DNA from: Spirochaetia bacterium
Lineage (GTDB): Bacteria; Spirochaetota; Spirochaetia; DSM-2461
Length of the DNA: 64,000 bases
Reading direction: 5' to 3'
Assembly (NCBI GenBank): GCA_963666985.2
Contig: CAXXIA010000002.1
Location: 2,368,001 to 2,432,000, forward strand
The notes below the pieces were generated by a model. The model did not search any database. It was not told the DNA's origin and saw nothing but the letters and a program-made list of their open reading frames with translations. Positions 9,458 to 18,284 of the stretch are shown piece by piece (positions within the stretch are counted from its first letter, which is position 1; the number at the start of each line of letters is the position of its first letter). The position numbers and the translations under genes are program-made.

Positions 9458-11097
9458 ACAATGAATCCGGCGTTTTTGCCGAAGCTCATCGGCTGGAAGA
9501 GCGGGGCGAGGCCTTCGCTTTCGCATTCATCATTAAGTCTCAAGGATCCGTTCCGAGAAACTCAGGCCGCATGATTGTCCATGCCGACGGATCGACCGTG
9601 GGCACCGTCGGCGGCGGCTCTTTGGAAGCCCAGGTTATTAAAGAAGCCATGGAGGCCCTCGGCGAGGGACGGTCCCGGACGGTGCGAAGAGAGCTGACCG
9701 GGAAAGGCGGGGAAGCCGACGAGATGGTGTGCGGCGGTACCGTGGAGGTTCGCATCGACGTTTCGGGCGCTCCACCGCGATTGGTTCTGATGGGCGGCGG
9801 ACACATCAGCCTGGCCGTTGCCCGGCTGGCCGCTTCTTTGGGGTTTTCCGTTGAAGTGATTGAGAGCCGGCCCGAATTCTGCAGCTCCGAGCGGTTTCCC
9901 ATGGCCCGCGCTTTTTATCTGAGGGACGATATATCGGATGCGGCCGACGAGGTTCGTGTGGACGGGAACTGTTATGTCGTTATCGTGACGCACAGTCATG
10001 AGGATGATATCCGGACTTTGGCCCGCCTGGCCGGTTCGGGGGCGGCCTATATCGGGATGATGGGGAGTAAGCGCAAAACGGCCATTGCCGTGGCGAAGCT
10101 GAGGGAACTGAATGTTCCCGAATCGGTTATCGCTTCTCTTCGGGCTCCCATCGGTTTGGATATCGGGGCTCAGACGCCTGAAGAAATCGCCGTGAGTATC
10201 ATGGCGGAGATTTTGATGGTCCGCGGCGGCAGGAGCGGTCTGCCTCTGCAGGGGATGACCAAGGATTTGGCGGTTGTCCGCGGCGGCGGGGATTTGGCCA
10301 CGGGGGTTGCCTGGAGGCTTCGGCGCTGCGGATTCCGCGTGATGATTCTGGAGGTTCCCAAGCCGACTGTTATTCGGCGGACCGTAGCGTTCGCCGAAGC
10401 GGTGAATCGGGGATCGGTGGTTATCGAGGGCATCAAGGCCCGTTCGGCCGCCGATATCGCCGGGGCTTATGAAATTCTGGAATCGGGGGATATTCCCGTG
10501 CTTGCCGATCCCGAGGCCCGCAGCCTGGATGTTCTGCGTCCCGCCGTTCTGGTGGATGCGACGCTGGCGAAAAGAAACCTCGGAACAAGGCGGGACATGG
10601 CTCCCGTGGTTGTGGCCCTCGGGCCGGGTTTTACCGCCGGGCCGGAGGGGGATTGTCATGCCGTGGTTGAAACGGCCCGAGGGCATGAGCTGGGGCGGGT
10701 GATTCTGGATGGTCCCGCCGCTCCGAATACGGGAACGCCCGGTCTTATCGCCGGGAAGGCGGCCGAACGCGTGCTGCGTGCGCCGATGGATGGAATCTTC
10801 GAGGAGGCTGCCGCTCTGGGCGACCTTGTGAAGGAAGGGCAAGTCGTGGCCCGTGTCCGTTCGGGAAATACAGCGGCCGATATTACGGCTCCTTTCGACG
10901 GAAAACTGCGGGGACTGCTCACCTCCGGGATTGAGGTGACTCAAGGATTCAAGGTGGGCGACGTGGATCCGCGGGGGGCACAGGTGAACGAGCACCTTAT
11001 TTCGGATAAGGCCCGCGCGGTCGCCGGAGGTGTTCTTGAGGCCGTTCTGATGCTTCGCGTTCATGCCGAGAGCGGTTCCGGCAGGCGAAGTTCTTAG
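9454..11097 (+). CDS. yqeB: XdhC/CoxI-YqeB fusion (Se-dependent Mo cofactor protein YqeB)
   Basis: N-terminal XdhC (GS.PR, GTVGGG, CGG, YIG..GS.RK, APIGLDIGA.TPEEIAVSI) plus YqeB (RGGGDLATG, DA.LAKRNLGT, ET.RGH.LGR, K.GD.DPR, SDKARAV.GGVLEA). Confidence 0.92.
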   Translation: MNNESGVFAEAHRLEERGEAFAFAFIIKSQGSVPRNSGRMIVHADGSTVGTVGGGSLEAQVIKEAMEALGEGRSRTVRRELTGKGGEADEMVCGGTVEVRIDVSGAPPRLVLMGGGHISLAVARLAASLGFSVEVIESRPEFCSSERFPMARAFYLRDDISDAADEVRVDGNCYVVIVTHSHEDDIRTLARLAGSGAAYIGMMGSKRKTAIAVAKLRELNVPESVIASLRAPIGLDIGAQTPEEIAVSIMAEILMVRGGRSGLPLQGMTKDLAVVRGGGDLATGVAWRLRRCGFRVMILEVPKPTVIRRTVAFAEAVNRGSVVIEGIKARSAADIAGAYEILESGDIPVLADPEARSLDVLRPAVLVDATLAKRNLGTRRDMAPVVVALGPGFTAGPEGDCHAVVETARGHELGRVILDGPAAPNTGTPGLIAGKAAERVLRAPMDGIFEEAAALGDLVKEGQVVARVRSGNTAADITAPFDGKLRGLLTSGIEVTQGFKVGDVDPRGAQVNEHLISDKARAVAGGVLEAVLMLRVHAESGSGRRSS

Positions 11098-11160
11098 GGC
11101 GGGATTTCGGCATGCCGCACGGCATGATTGAGCCGTATTTTGTAAAGAGGTTTTCCGGTG

Positions 11161-11189
11161 AAAAAAACGCCCCGCGTTCGGCGGGGCGT
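11161..11189 (-). terminator. intrinsic terminator of LamG lipoprotein gene
   Basis: Minus strand ACGCCCCGC-CGAAC-GCGGGGCGT followed by T-tract. Confidence 0.75.
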
Positions 11190-11249
11190 GATTCAATCGT
11201 GATACCATCAGGTCTTATTCAATTATTCGGATTTCGCCGCCGCCTTTAA

Positions 11250-12074
11250 TCAGAAGAGGGAAGCATAAACATTGTAATCAGCGGCGATTTCTTCGGCCGT
11301 TCGAACCACATCGTAAACGTAAATCTCGTCGATCAGACCCATGAAGGTCAGATGGCCGTAGTAACCGCTGTACTGCTCGGGAAGCTGCGAGCCGACGATG
11401 AGGTCTCCCTCGGAAGTCAGCATCGGGCCCAGTCCGGTAAAGGAAGCGCGGTTGTTTTCAACTCCGTCCTGATAAAGGATCAGCACCGTTTCATCGGACG
11501 CTTCGTCGTAGCTCCAGCTGACGGCGATATGATGCCAGGTATCGGCGCTAACGCTTTGTGCGGCGATAACGGATTTGTATGCATTGTCGCCGTTCGAATC
11601 GTAATGATAGTTGAACATGATTTTCTCAGTGCCCTGATACTGCAGGCTCCAGGACTCATCCGTGAAATCGATCAGTTCGCCTTTATGCAGGATTCCGGCC
11701 CATTTATTGTCTTCACCTTCGGGACAATCCGGGTAAATCCAGACTTCGAGTGTTCCGGCCGTCGTGGATTCGGGGATGGTTTCGGCGGCGATTCGGATAT
11801 AATCACCGTCTTCATCGCCTCTCATGGCGTTCCCCGAGAGTCCTGTTTCCCAAGTAACGCCGTCTGAAATGGTAACGTCGGGATTCGTCAGAATGCCTTC
11901 GCCGTCAAGGGGGATTCCGGCAACCAAGCCATTCGAGGGGTTGCTGTTGATTCCGGTTGATTCTTCTTCGGACGCGGAATTTCTGGGCCCTGTGGGATTG
12001 CTGCAGGATATCATTGCCGCGAAAAGAAATCCGATAAGAAATATTCTCGTACAGTTTTTTAATAAGGTTTTCAT
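11250..12074 (-). CDS. LamG/concanavalin A-like domain lipoprotein
   Basis: Lipobox MISC; TLEVWIYP, WHHIAVSW, LYQDG, F.G.IDE..VY..(R)TAEEI. Confidence 0.85.
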   Translation of the reverse strand: MKTLLKNCTRIFLIGFLFAAMISCSNPTGPRNSASEEESTGINSNPSNGLVAGIPLDGEGILTNPDVTISDGVTWETGLSGNAMRGDEDGDYIRIAAETIPESTTAGTLEVWIYPDCPEGEDNKWAGILHKGELIDFTDESWSLQYQGTEKIMFNYHYDSNGDNAYKSVIAAQSVSADTWHHIAVSWSYDEASDETVLILYQDGVENNRASFTGLGPMLTSEGDLIVGSQLPEQYSGYYGHLTFMGLIDEIYVYDVVRTAEEIAADYNVYASLF

Positions 12075-12098
12075 TTTGCCTCCAATGACTTCATTAAA

Positions 12099-12114
12099 AG
12101 CAATGTCTGTGCCA
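12099..12114 (-). promoter_or_regulatory. sigma54 (-24/-12) promoter
   Basis: Minus strand TGGCACAGACATTGCT, 25 nt upstream of the ATG. Confidence 0.85.
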
Positions 12115-12325
12115 ATTCATTTTTTTAAGGACCTGAAGTGGTTTAATTTATTTTGATGGAAGGAAATAGAGAAGAATCTTCAAGAGGTTTACCGAGAAGA
12201 AGACTTTATGAAAAAAGCATAGAAGTTTTTAGCGTTTTCGAGCTAAATTTATTTATCGCAAGCAATTACGATGTATGAATTTTGTGCGGTTTATGCATAA
12301 AGAATAGTCCGAGTTCATTTTCTGT

Positions 12326-13165
12326 TTATTGATCAGGCTCTGCTGGCTCTTGATTCGTATCGATCATTGATGAATCGAGGAGAATCCTTGGAAGGGAAAG
12401 CCGGATTCCTTCTTCCGTTAACCGTCGGTAAATGTCTCGGAACATCGAATTGCGAACGTCGATGTAGTCGTCTTTCATGAACCATATTCCGAACTTCACG
12501 CCGATGCCTTCGCTGTTCCAGTCGTTTAAATGGAAAAACGGTTTGGGTTCTTCGAGGCAGAGGCTGTTTTCGGTCGAACATTCAAAAAGAAGGGTTTCAA
12601 GATTATTCAGGTCGGTACTGTAATCAACCCGGAATTCGAAATCCATTCGGCGGATGGGAAATCGGGTGATATTCGTAACCTCGGTTGAAATGAGTGTTTC
12701 ATGAGGAATCCGAACCAGCAGGTTGTCGAATGTACGAATTTTTACCGAAAGCAGATCGATGTCGTGAACCACTCCGACCTTATCGGCCACTTTTATCACG
12801 TCTCCGATTTCATAGGATTTCTCGGAGAGAAGGAAAAGTCCGCTGAGAATATTACCGAGACTTTTCTGACTCGCAACGCCGACGGCGAGACCTAAAATTC
12901 CCGCGGCTCCGAGCAGAGCCGTTAGATTCACGCCTACTTCGGCGAGAACAACAACCAGAAGAATCGCCGTACCCACGTATGTGATGGCTTTATTGATGAG
13001 CATGCGTGATTGCCGGTTAACCTTCTGAGCCGTCGCGCGCTGCATAAGGAATGCCGTGAGCCGGATAATAACGATGCCGACGATGTAGTAAAGGATGGCG
13101 CGTCCGATATGATGCCAGGTTTCCGATGTGAAAAAAGCGATGATGGTGTCTTTATTGATATTCAT
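12326..13165 (-). CDS. mscS: small-conductance mechanosensitive channel (MscS family)
   Basis: LLGAAGILGLAVGVASQ..L.N..SG, IGD.I, G.V..I...S.KIRTFDN. Confidence 0.9.
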   Translation of the reverse strand: MNINKDTIIAFFTSETWHHIGRAILYYIVGIVIIRLTAFLMQRATAQKVNRQSRMLINKAITYVGTAILLVVVLAEVGVNLTALLGAAGILGLAVGVASQKSLGNILSGLFLLSEKSYEIGDVIKVADKVGVVHDIDLLSVKIRTFDNLLVRIPHETLISTEVTNITRFPIRRMDFEFRVDYSTDLNNLETLLFECSTENSLCLEEPKPFFHLNDWNSEGIGVKFGIWFMKDDYIDVRNSMFRDIYRRLTEEGIRLSLPRILLDSSMIDTNQEPAEPDQ

Positions 13166-13181
13166 GATCGGATATCCTTTT

Positions 13182-13958
13182 CTAACTCATGGAGATTGTC
13201 TTGATGAACGCGAAGCTCCGGCGAAGAAGCGCCCTATCGACGGGAACACGGGGTTCGGCGAGCTTAACAATAGACCCTGTGATGCCTTCCGGCTTTTTTT
13301 CAAAGGTAACCTGGCTCGCCTGCGTTTCACCCCGGAAGCGGATGGTTACCGAATTGGTGGCTGTAATTCGGCCGTTGGTGAAAAGAGAGAGTTCCGGGAC
13401 TCTGAGGATCATCCTTTGGAATTCGAGGATTTCCGGGGAGTTGTTTTTTACGATTAGGGGGCAGACGGCCTCCCAAGGGCCGGTTTCGGAAGGCAAAGGC
13501 CTGCCGTTGAGCGCCGTTTTCCAGGAATAAGCCGCTTCACCGTCGTCGGGAGTGCCGAACCATGTTTTTGACGGTGTTACCGGATGAAATTCACGAATGA
13601 TGATGGGATTTTCTTTGTCTTTCGCAATCAGCGCGATTCCCAGAGGAAGCGAAACCGAAGTTTTTATATGGGCGTCCGGCAGGATACGTAAATCGGATTC
13701 CGATTGAAGCACCAGCGGGAGCCTCGGAAGAATGGGACGAATCATCAGGGGACTTGAGGAGTCGAGAATCGTGATGTCTTTCGCTTCATCGGATAATTCA
13801 TCGACGAGTCCCGAACGTAATTCGATTCCGTGACGTACCAGCTTCAGTTCTCTGCCGTCGGGGAAGTTTATCCGGTATTCGTCATCCGCTTCCAAAAGGC
13901 ATCTTTTTTCTTCGGCGGCGGAAGGCGAATTGAAAATCCCGTTTCGTTTCAAAGCCAT
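13182..13958 (-). CDS. DUF432-like protein
   Basis: P.LP..PLV, SKTWFG.P.DGE.AY, LRVP.LSLF; adjacent to mscS as is typical for DUF432. Confidence 0.7.
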   Translation of the reverse strand: MALKRNGIFNSPSAAEEKRCLLEADDEYRINFPDGRELKLVRHGIELRSGLVDELSDEAKDITILDSSSPLMIRPILPRLPLVLQSESDLRILPDAHIKTSVSLPLGIALIAKDKENPIIIREFHPVTPSKTWFGTPDDGEAAYSWKTALNGRPLPSETGPWEAVCPLIVKNNSPEILEFQRMILRVPELSLFTNGRITATNSVTIRFRGETQASQVTFEKKPEGITGSIVKLAEPRVPVDRALLRRSFAFIKTISMS

Positions 13959-15004
13959 TTTTTAACCTTGAAATACAGCGCCATTCCTCCCGCCGTGAGT
14001 CCCATAATGCCGAGAACCGCCGGATATCCCCAGCGCCAGGCCAGCTCCGGCATGTGTTCGAAGTTCATGCCGTAGATTCCCGCGATGAACGAGAGCGGCA
14101 TGAAGAGCGTGGCGATGACGGTCAGAACTTTCATAACGGCGTTCATTCGATTGCTTTGAACCGACATCAGAATGGACATCAGATCGCCCGAAAGATCCCT
14201 GTAAAGATCCAGAAGATCGGAAATCCGCAGAGCATGGTCGGTAAGATCTTGAATAAACGGCAAGATTTCCTTGGAAAAATAACTTGTCGCATACCTGCTC
14301 ATCCATAACGGCAAATCCCGGTAGGGCCTGAATTCCCATCGCAGCCAGGCCATGAGTTTTCGGGTTTCATGGATGTTCTCCGCGAGGGAATCACCGTATC
14401 GGAACAGAATCCGTTCTTCCAGGTCCATGACATGACGCTCCATGGATTCGGCGATGGTCAGCCAGGAATCGACGCATTCATCCCAGATTCGGTAGGCAAT
14501 ATAATCCGCTCCCAGCGATCTTAAGTGTTCCGAAGTTCTCAGAGACTCTCTGATTCCGGGAAATCCTTTTCTTTCCGCCTCATGGAACGTAATGATTGTC
14601 CGGCCTTTGAGAATAATGCAGACCGATTCAATATTAATGGAAGGGAACTTATTTTCGGCTTCAAGTTTTTTAACCGTGAGAAAGAGGCCGTCGTCCAAGG
14701 CGCTGAATGACGGTCGGCGATCGATGTTCTGTATGTCTTCCTGGGTTAATTGATGGATTCCGTAAATCTCGCCGACAGCCTGAAGGAGCGCGGCGTCGTG
14801 AATGCCCGTAACTCGAATCCATGTGTACGTGTTCGCGGCCGTTTCCGGAGTGAGGCTGTCTATCGAAACGGAACGTTCCTCAATAACACCGGATTTTTGG
14901 TAACGAAATACCGTTATATCGCCGGGGCTTTCACGGTCTTGGAAGAGCGTTCCGGGAGCCATACCCGCTCTCCGGGAAAATAAACGTGTCCCGAATGGAA
15001 TCAT
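13949..15004 (-). CDS. corA: magnesium/cobalt transporter CorA
   Basis: G..PGT, IH.L..EDI, MN.VMKVLT, YGMNF..MPEL.W.WGY. Confidence 0.95.
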   Translation of the reverse strand: MIPFGTRLFSRRAGMAPGTLFQDRESPGDITVFRYQKSGVIEERSVSIDSLTPETAANTYTWIRVTGIHDAALLQAVGEIYGIHQLTQEDIQNIDRRPSFSALDDGLFLTVKKLEAENKFPSINIESVCIILKGRTIITFHEAERKGFPGIRESLRTSEHLRSLGADYIAYRIWDECVDSWLTIAESMERHVMDLEERILFRYGDSLAENIHETRKLMAWLRWEFRPYRDLPLWMSRYATSYFSKEILPFIQDLTDHALRISDLLDLYRDLSGDLMSILMSVQSNRMNAVMKVLTVIATLFMPLSFIAGIYGMNFEHMPELAWRWGYPAVLGIMGLTAGGMALYFKVKKWL

Positions 15005-15097
15005 TATCGCCTCCTTATCTTAAATGATACTCGTCCTTCAGCCTCAGGCGAAACCTTATGGAACGGTTTTTTCATGATTCAAGATACAAAATGGTTC

Positions 15098-15151
15098 ATT
15101 CCGACACAATTATTCACCTTTTATCGGCCGGAGGGATAATTCCGACACAAT
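15098..15151 (+). repeat. 13-bp direct repeat ATTCCGACACAAT x2 (candidate activator sites)
   Basis: Copies at 15098-15110 and 15139-15151. Confidence 0.7.
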
Positions 15152-15248
15152 AGAGGCGGTTATCGACTGCGTAATCTGTTTTTTGGACGAAAGCTGTATT
15201 CTTTGTAAATTCTTATTTCAAAAAGACATAATCGCAGAAGTCTCCGGT

Positions 15249-15264
15249 TGGCATCCCTTTTGCT
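15249..15264 (+). promoter_or_regulatory. sigma54 (-24/-12) promoter of Hsp20 pair
   Basis: TGGCATCCCTTTTGCT with exact GG-N10-GC spacing. Confidence 0.8.
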
Positions 15265-15297
15265 TATTAATAAGTAACAATTCTTCGGAGGTGAGAC

Positions 15298-15756
15298 ATG
15301 GATCTCATGAAAAGAAACACTCGTTACCTTCCCAGTTCATGGAACAACCTGCGGAGTCTTCAGAAAGAAATCAACTCTCTTTTCGATGATGATTTCTTTC
15401 CCGCTTCGACCGGATTGTTCGATCGGACCTACAGCCCCGCCGTAGATGTGGCGGAGAATCCGAGCGAGTACGTCGTAACCTGCGAGCTCCCCGGACTCAG
15501 TGAATCGGATCTTGATGTCCAGGTTGCCGAAAACGTCCTGACCATTAAGGGAGAAAAGAAGGATTCTTCGGAAAATCAGAATGACCGCTGGTATAAAAAA
15601 GAATCCTGGTTCGGCAGTTTCCAGCGAACGATTCCCATGCCGTCCGGAGTTGATGGAGAGAAAATCCAGGCTGAATTGGAAAGCGGCATTCTTCGTGTAA
15701 CTCTTCCCAAGAAAGAGGAAGCCAAAACGAAGCAGATTTCGGTAAAAGTGAAATAG
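15298..15756 (+). CDS. Hsp20/alpha-crystallin small heat-shock protein
   Basis: PAVDV.E, ELPG, LTIKGEK, GSFQR...P, A.L.SG.L.V.LPK. Confidence 0.95.
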   Translation: MDLMKRNTRYLPSSWNNLRSLQKEINSLFDDDFFPASTGLFDRTYSPAVDVAENPSEYVVTCELPGLSESDLDVQVAENVLTIKGEKKDSSENQNDRWYKKESWFGSFQRTIPMPSGVDGEKIQAELESGILRVTLPKKEEAKTKQISVKVK

Positions 15757-15766
15757 GAGGCGAGAA

Positions 15767-16117
15767 ATGAATGAAAACAATACGGAAAAAACATTCCGAC
15801 GCGCACCGTGCGATATAAGAAAGGAAGCCGACAAGATTGTGATGCGCTTGGAAATGCCCGGCGTGGACAAGTCGGGACTGGATATCAATGTTGACGGAGA
15901 TATGCTGAGGATTGTCGGGCGGCGTGCTTTGGAGAGTGAGAAATCCAATTGCATCGTTCGTGAGATTCGGCCCGGTGATTATTCCATGGAGTATTCTTTG
16001 GATAAGACTATTGACCGCGATTCCATCGATGCGCATTTGGAAAAGGGAATACTGACTCTCTACCTCGGTATTTCCGAAGCCGTGAAGCCGCGAAAGATTA
16101 AGGTGTTGAGCAAATAG
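15767..16117 (+). CDS. Hsp20 family protein (short)
   Basis: P.DI, EMPGV.K..L.I, I.A.L..G.L.L.L, KPRKI.V. Confidence 0.92.
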   Translation: MNENNTEKTFRRAPCDIRKEADKIVMRLEMPGVDKSGLDINVDGDMLRIVGRRALESEKSNCIVREIRPGDYSMEYSLDKTIDRDSIDAHLEKGILTLYLGISEAVKPRKIKVLSK

Positions 16118-16162
16118 ACTCATGAAATGATGCGGTTCATTAAAGTGTAAGCAGCCCGCTTC

Positions 16163-16194
16163 AAGGCCCGCCTGATTCGGCGGGCCTTTATTTT
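16163..16194 (+). terminator. intrinsic terminator after Hsp20 pair
   Basis: AAGGCCCGCC-TGATTC-GGCGGGCCTT-TATTTT. Confidence 0.85.
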
Positions 16195-16421
16195 ATCCGC
16201 AGAACTCTTCCGGACTTTCATTATCAGAATCAAAATTGGCGTTAGCCGGTCGGTGGCGTGGCTGCCGGTTCAAATAAATTCAATCACTATAATTTGCTCC
16301 GGCAAATAGCGTTATATACTTAAGTAAAATCCGATTACGACTGAAGTGTGAAAATCTGGGTAAATCCATATGATGAACAATTTATGTATATTACGATACA
16401 AATTTGAGAGGAAACGTTTAA

Positions 16422-16880
16422 TCATTCTTTAGGGACATATGGGTTTGGACCTGAGTTCTTGTAAAATAATCGACTATCTCCTTTCGTATCCCATTCCAGT
16501 TCAGGTGTTCTATTCTCAATCCAGAAAACATTTGGTTCCACGAAATGAAGAATATATTCAACGTTGAATCCGCCTCTACCGAAGAAGAAGATAAGTTGTA
16601 CGTTATCGCCAAAAATATTTACTTCGAGAATTTCAAACACCCCTAATCCACCAATTTGAATATAGGGTGTACTTGCGTCCAAATCAAAGTCGTATGAATC
16701 GTTAATTACTTGGTATCCAGTTCCCCATGAAAATTCTTTTTGAGTAACCCATGAACTATCTAGATTTAAAGATTGGCTATTGGACCAAGTTCCATTCAGT
16801 TTCGAATTTACATCGTCTGCACTACAACTAGGTAATAAAAAAGAGAGAAAGAAAAACGTCAGAATGAAACATTTATTCAT
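16422..16880 (-). CDS. lipoprotein, putative immunity protein of the RHS C-terminal toxin
   Basis: Lipobox LPSC; AT-rich; starts 2 nt after the toxin stop. Confidence 0.6.
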   Translation of the reverse strand: MNKCFILTFFFLSFLLPSCSADDVNSKLNGTWSNSQSLNLDSSWVTQKEFSWGTGYQVINDSYDFDLDASTPYIQIGGLGVFEILEVNIFGDNVQLIFFFGRGGFNVEYILHFVEPNVFWIENRTPELEWDTKGDSRLFYKNSGPNPYVPKE

Positions 16881-16882
16881 AG

Positions 16883-18195
16883 TTATCTCCTTGGAACATT
16901 TATATAGACTGGTCGTACGTCTAGACTTGTATTATCTAGACCAGGATGTGAATCATAGATAATATTCATATCTAAATCTGCTAACTGATAATGTTTACCA
17001 TATTTTGTTTCATTTTTAATAATGTAGAAGGCCAAAACGCCTTTGCAATAATTTCCTCCAACGCTTCCTCTGCCGGTACGGCTTCGAGGCGCAATTTCTT
17101 GTAAGATCGAAAAAGCCAAATTAATTGTATCATCTGGATTTTGAACATTGAACAAATCATTCATTACATACACCGTTGCTTTCGCATCTGGTGGCTGAAA
17201 ACTTGCTTCTGTTTTCATCAAAGTTTCAGCAATTGATTTCATTTGGTTATCTGTTAAATCAATACCTAAGACGATCTGTGGAATAGCTATTAAATCAAGG
17301 AAATAGCAGGCAGTGTCGGCATGGGGGTAATCTGAATATGGAGTTTCTGTCTGAGAAGGGAGACTTACACCATCCGGTACGCCATTAAAAAATTCTGGTC
17401 CCCAATTCTTAGAATCTTCGTTCGGAGATGGATCAGTATTTTCTGCTTCATCTCCCTCAACGGTACCACCACCAAAATTATGCATTTCATCATTATCCCG
17501 AGCGGTTTTGTTAGCTGAATCAGTATTTGTCTCAGTCACAGGAACGGGATCGGTGGTACCACCACCTTGAGTCCCACCAGGAACAGACTGCCCATCTTCT
17601 TCATCTTCATCACTAGCTTCATTAGTAACCAAGCCAATACCAAAATTAGGTCCGACCAGATCTCCCCGAGAATTATCAAATGAAGGTCCTTCGCCTTCAC
17701 CAGCAGTCGAATCGTCACCTCTTGGTTGCGTTATCCAACTCCATATACTTTTCGCGATGTCCGCAAGTCCTAATCCCGTAGGATCAATCCTCGTCATCGG
17801 GTTATTCCCGAAAGCGGTGTACCAATTGAAGGAATCACGGATGGGGTCTTCAGAAATAAATCTACAAGTGGTGGGGTCATACCAACTTGATCAGAATGGA
17901 AGAAATACTTCACGTTGGCCGTGTCGTCGGAATACACACCCGCTTCATCGACTTCTCCATCGACACGCGACAAATGCTGCCCAAGCGCATAAATATATTC
18001 CCGATACTGATGCTCATCGGGATTGATAATCTCCTCATGAATCGCTTGCCCTTGAAGATCGTAGATGTAGAATCGGACTTCGGATCCTTTGGTCTTCTCA
18101 ACCCGAAGACCTTTGGCGTTATATCGATATTGAACGCTTGCAGTGCCGTTAATACTGGTTAATCGATTGGAAAGATCGCTATCCCAGATCAACAT
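16883..18195 (-). pseudogene. decayed RHS-repeat protein: truncated, internally deleted core plus intact C-terminal toxin domain (ORF 16883..17797)
   Basis: One frame gives YRYNAKGLRVEK..YIYDLQG..YFFHSDQVG; a shifted frame gives WYDPTTCRFISEDPIRDSFNWY..NNPMTRIDPTG (RHS core end, DPxG cleavage motif). Confidence 0.85.
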
Positions 18196-18284
18196 CTTGA
18201 TATCGGTTCAAGGCTCTCTCTTTCTCTGTTACGATAAGAGACAGTCAGCAAGCTGAAATTTATCCCGGAAGGAAGCGATAAAAA

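Noticed and set aside
8561..11097. Selenocysteine read-through near yqeBC
   Set aside because: No in-frame TGA interrupting a conserved domain was seen; TGA stops fall at natural C-termini
9562..11208. 548-aa antisense ORF over yqeB (likewise 20666..22051, 28761..30086, 7087..8175)
   Set aside because: Shadow ORFs of GC-rich genes with strong family motifs on the other strand; no motifs of their own
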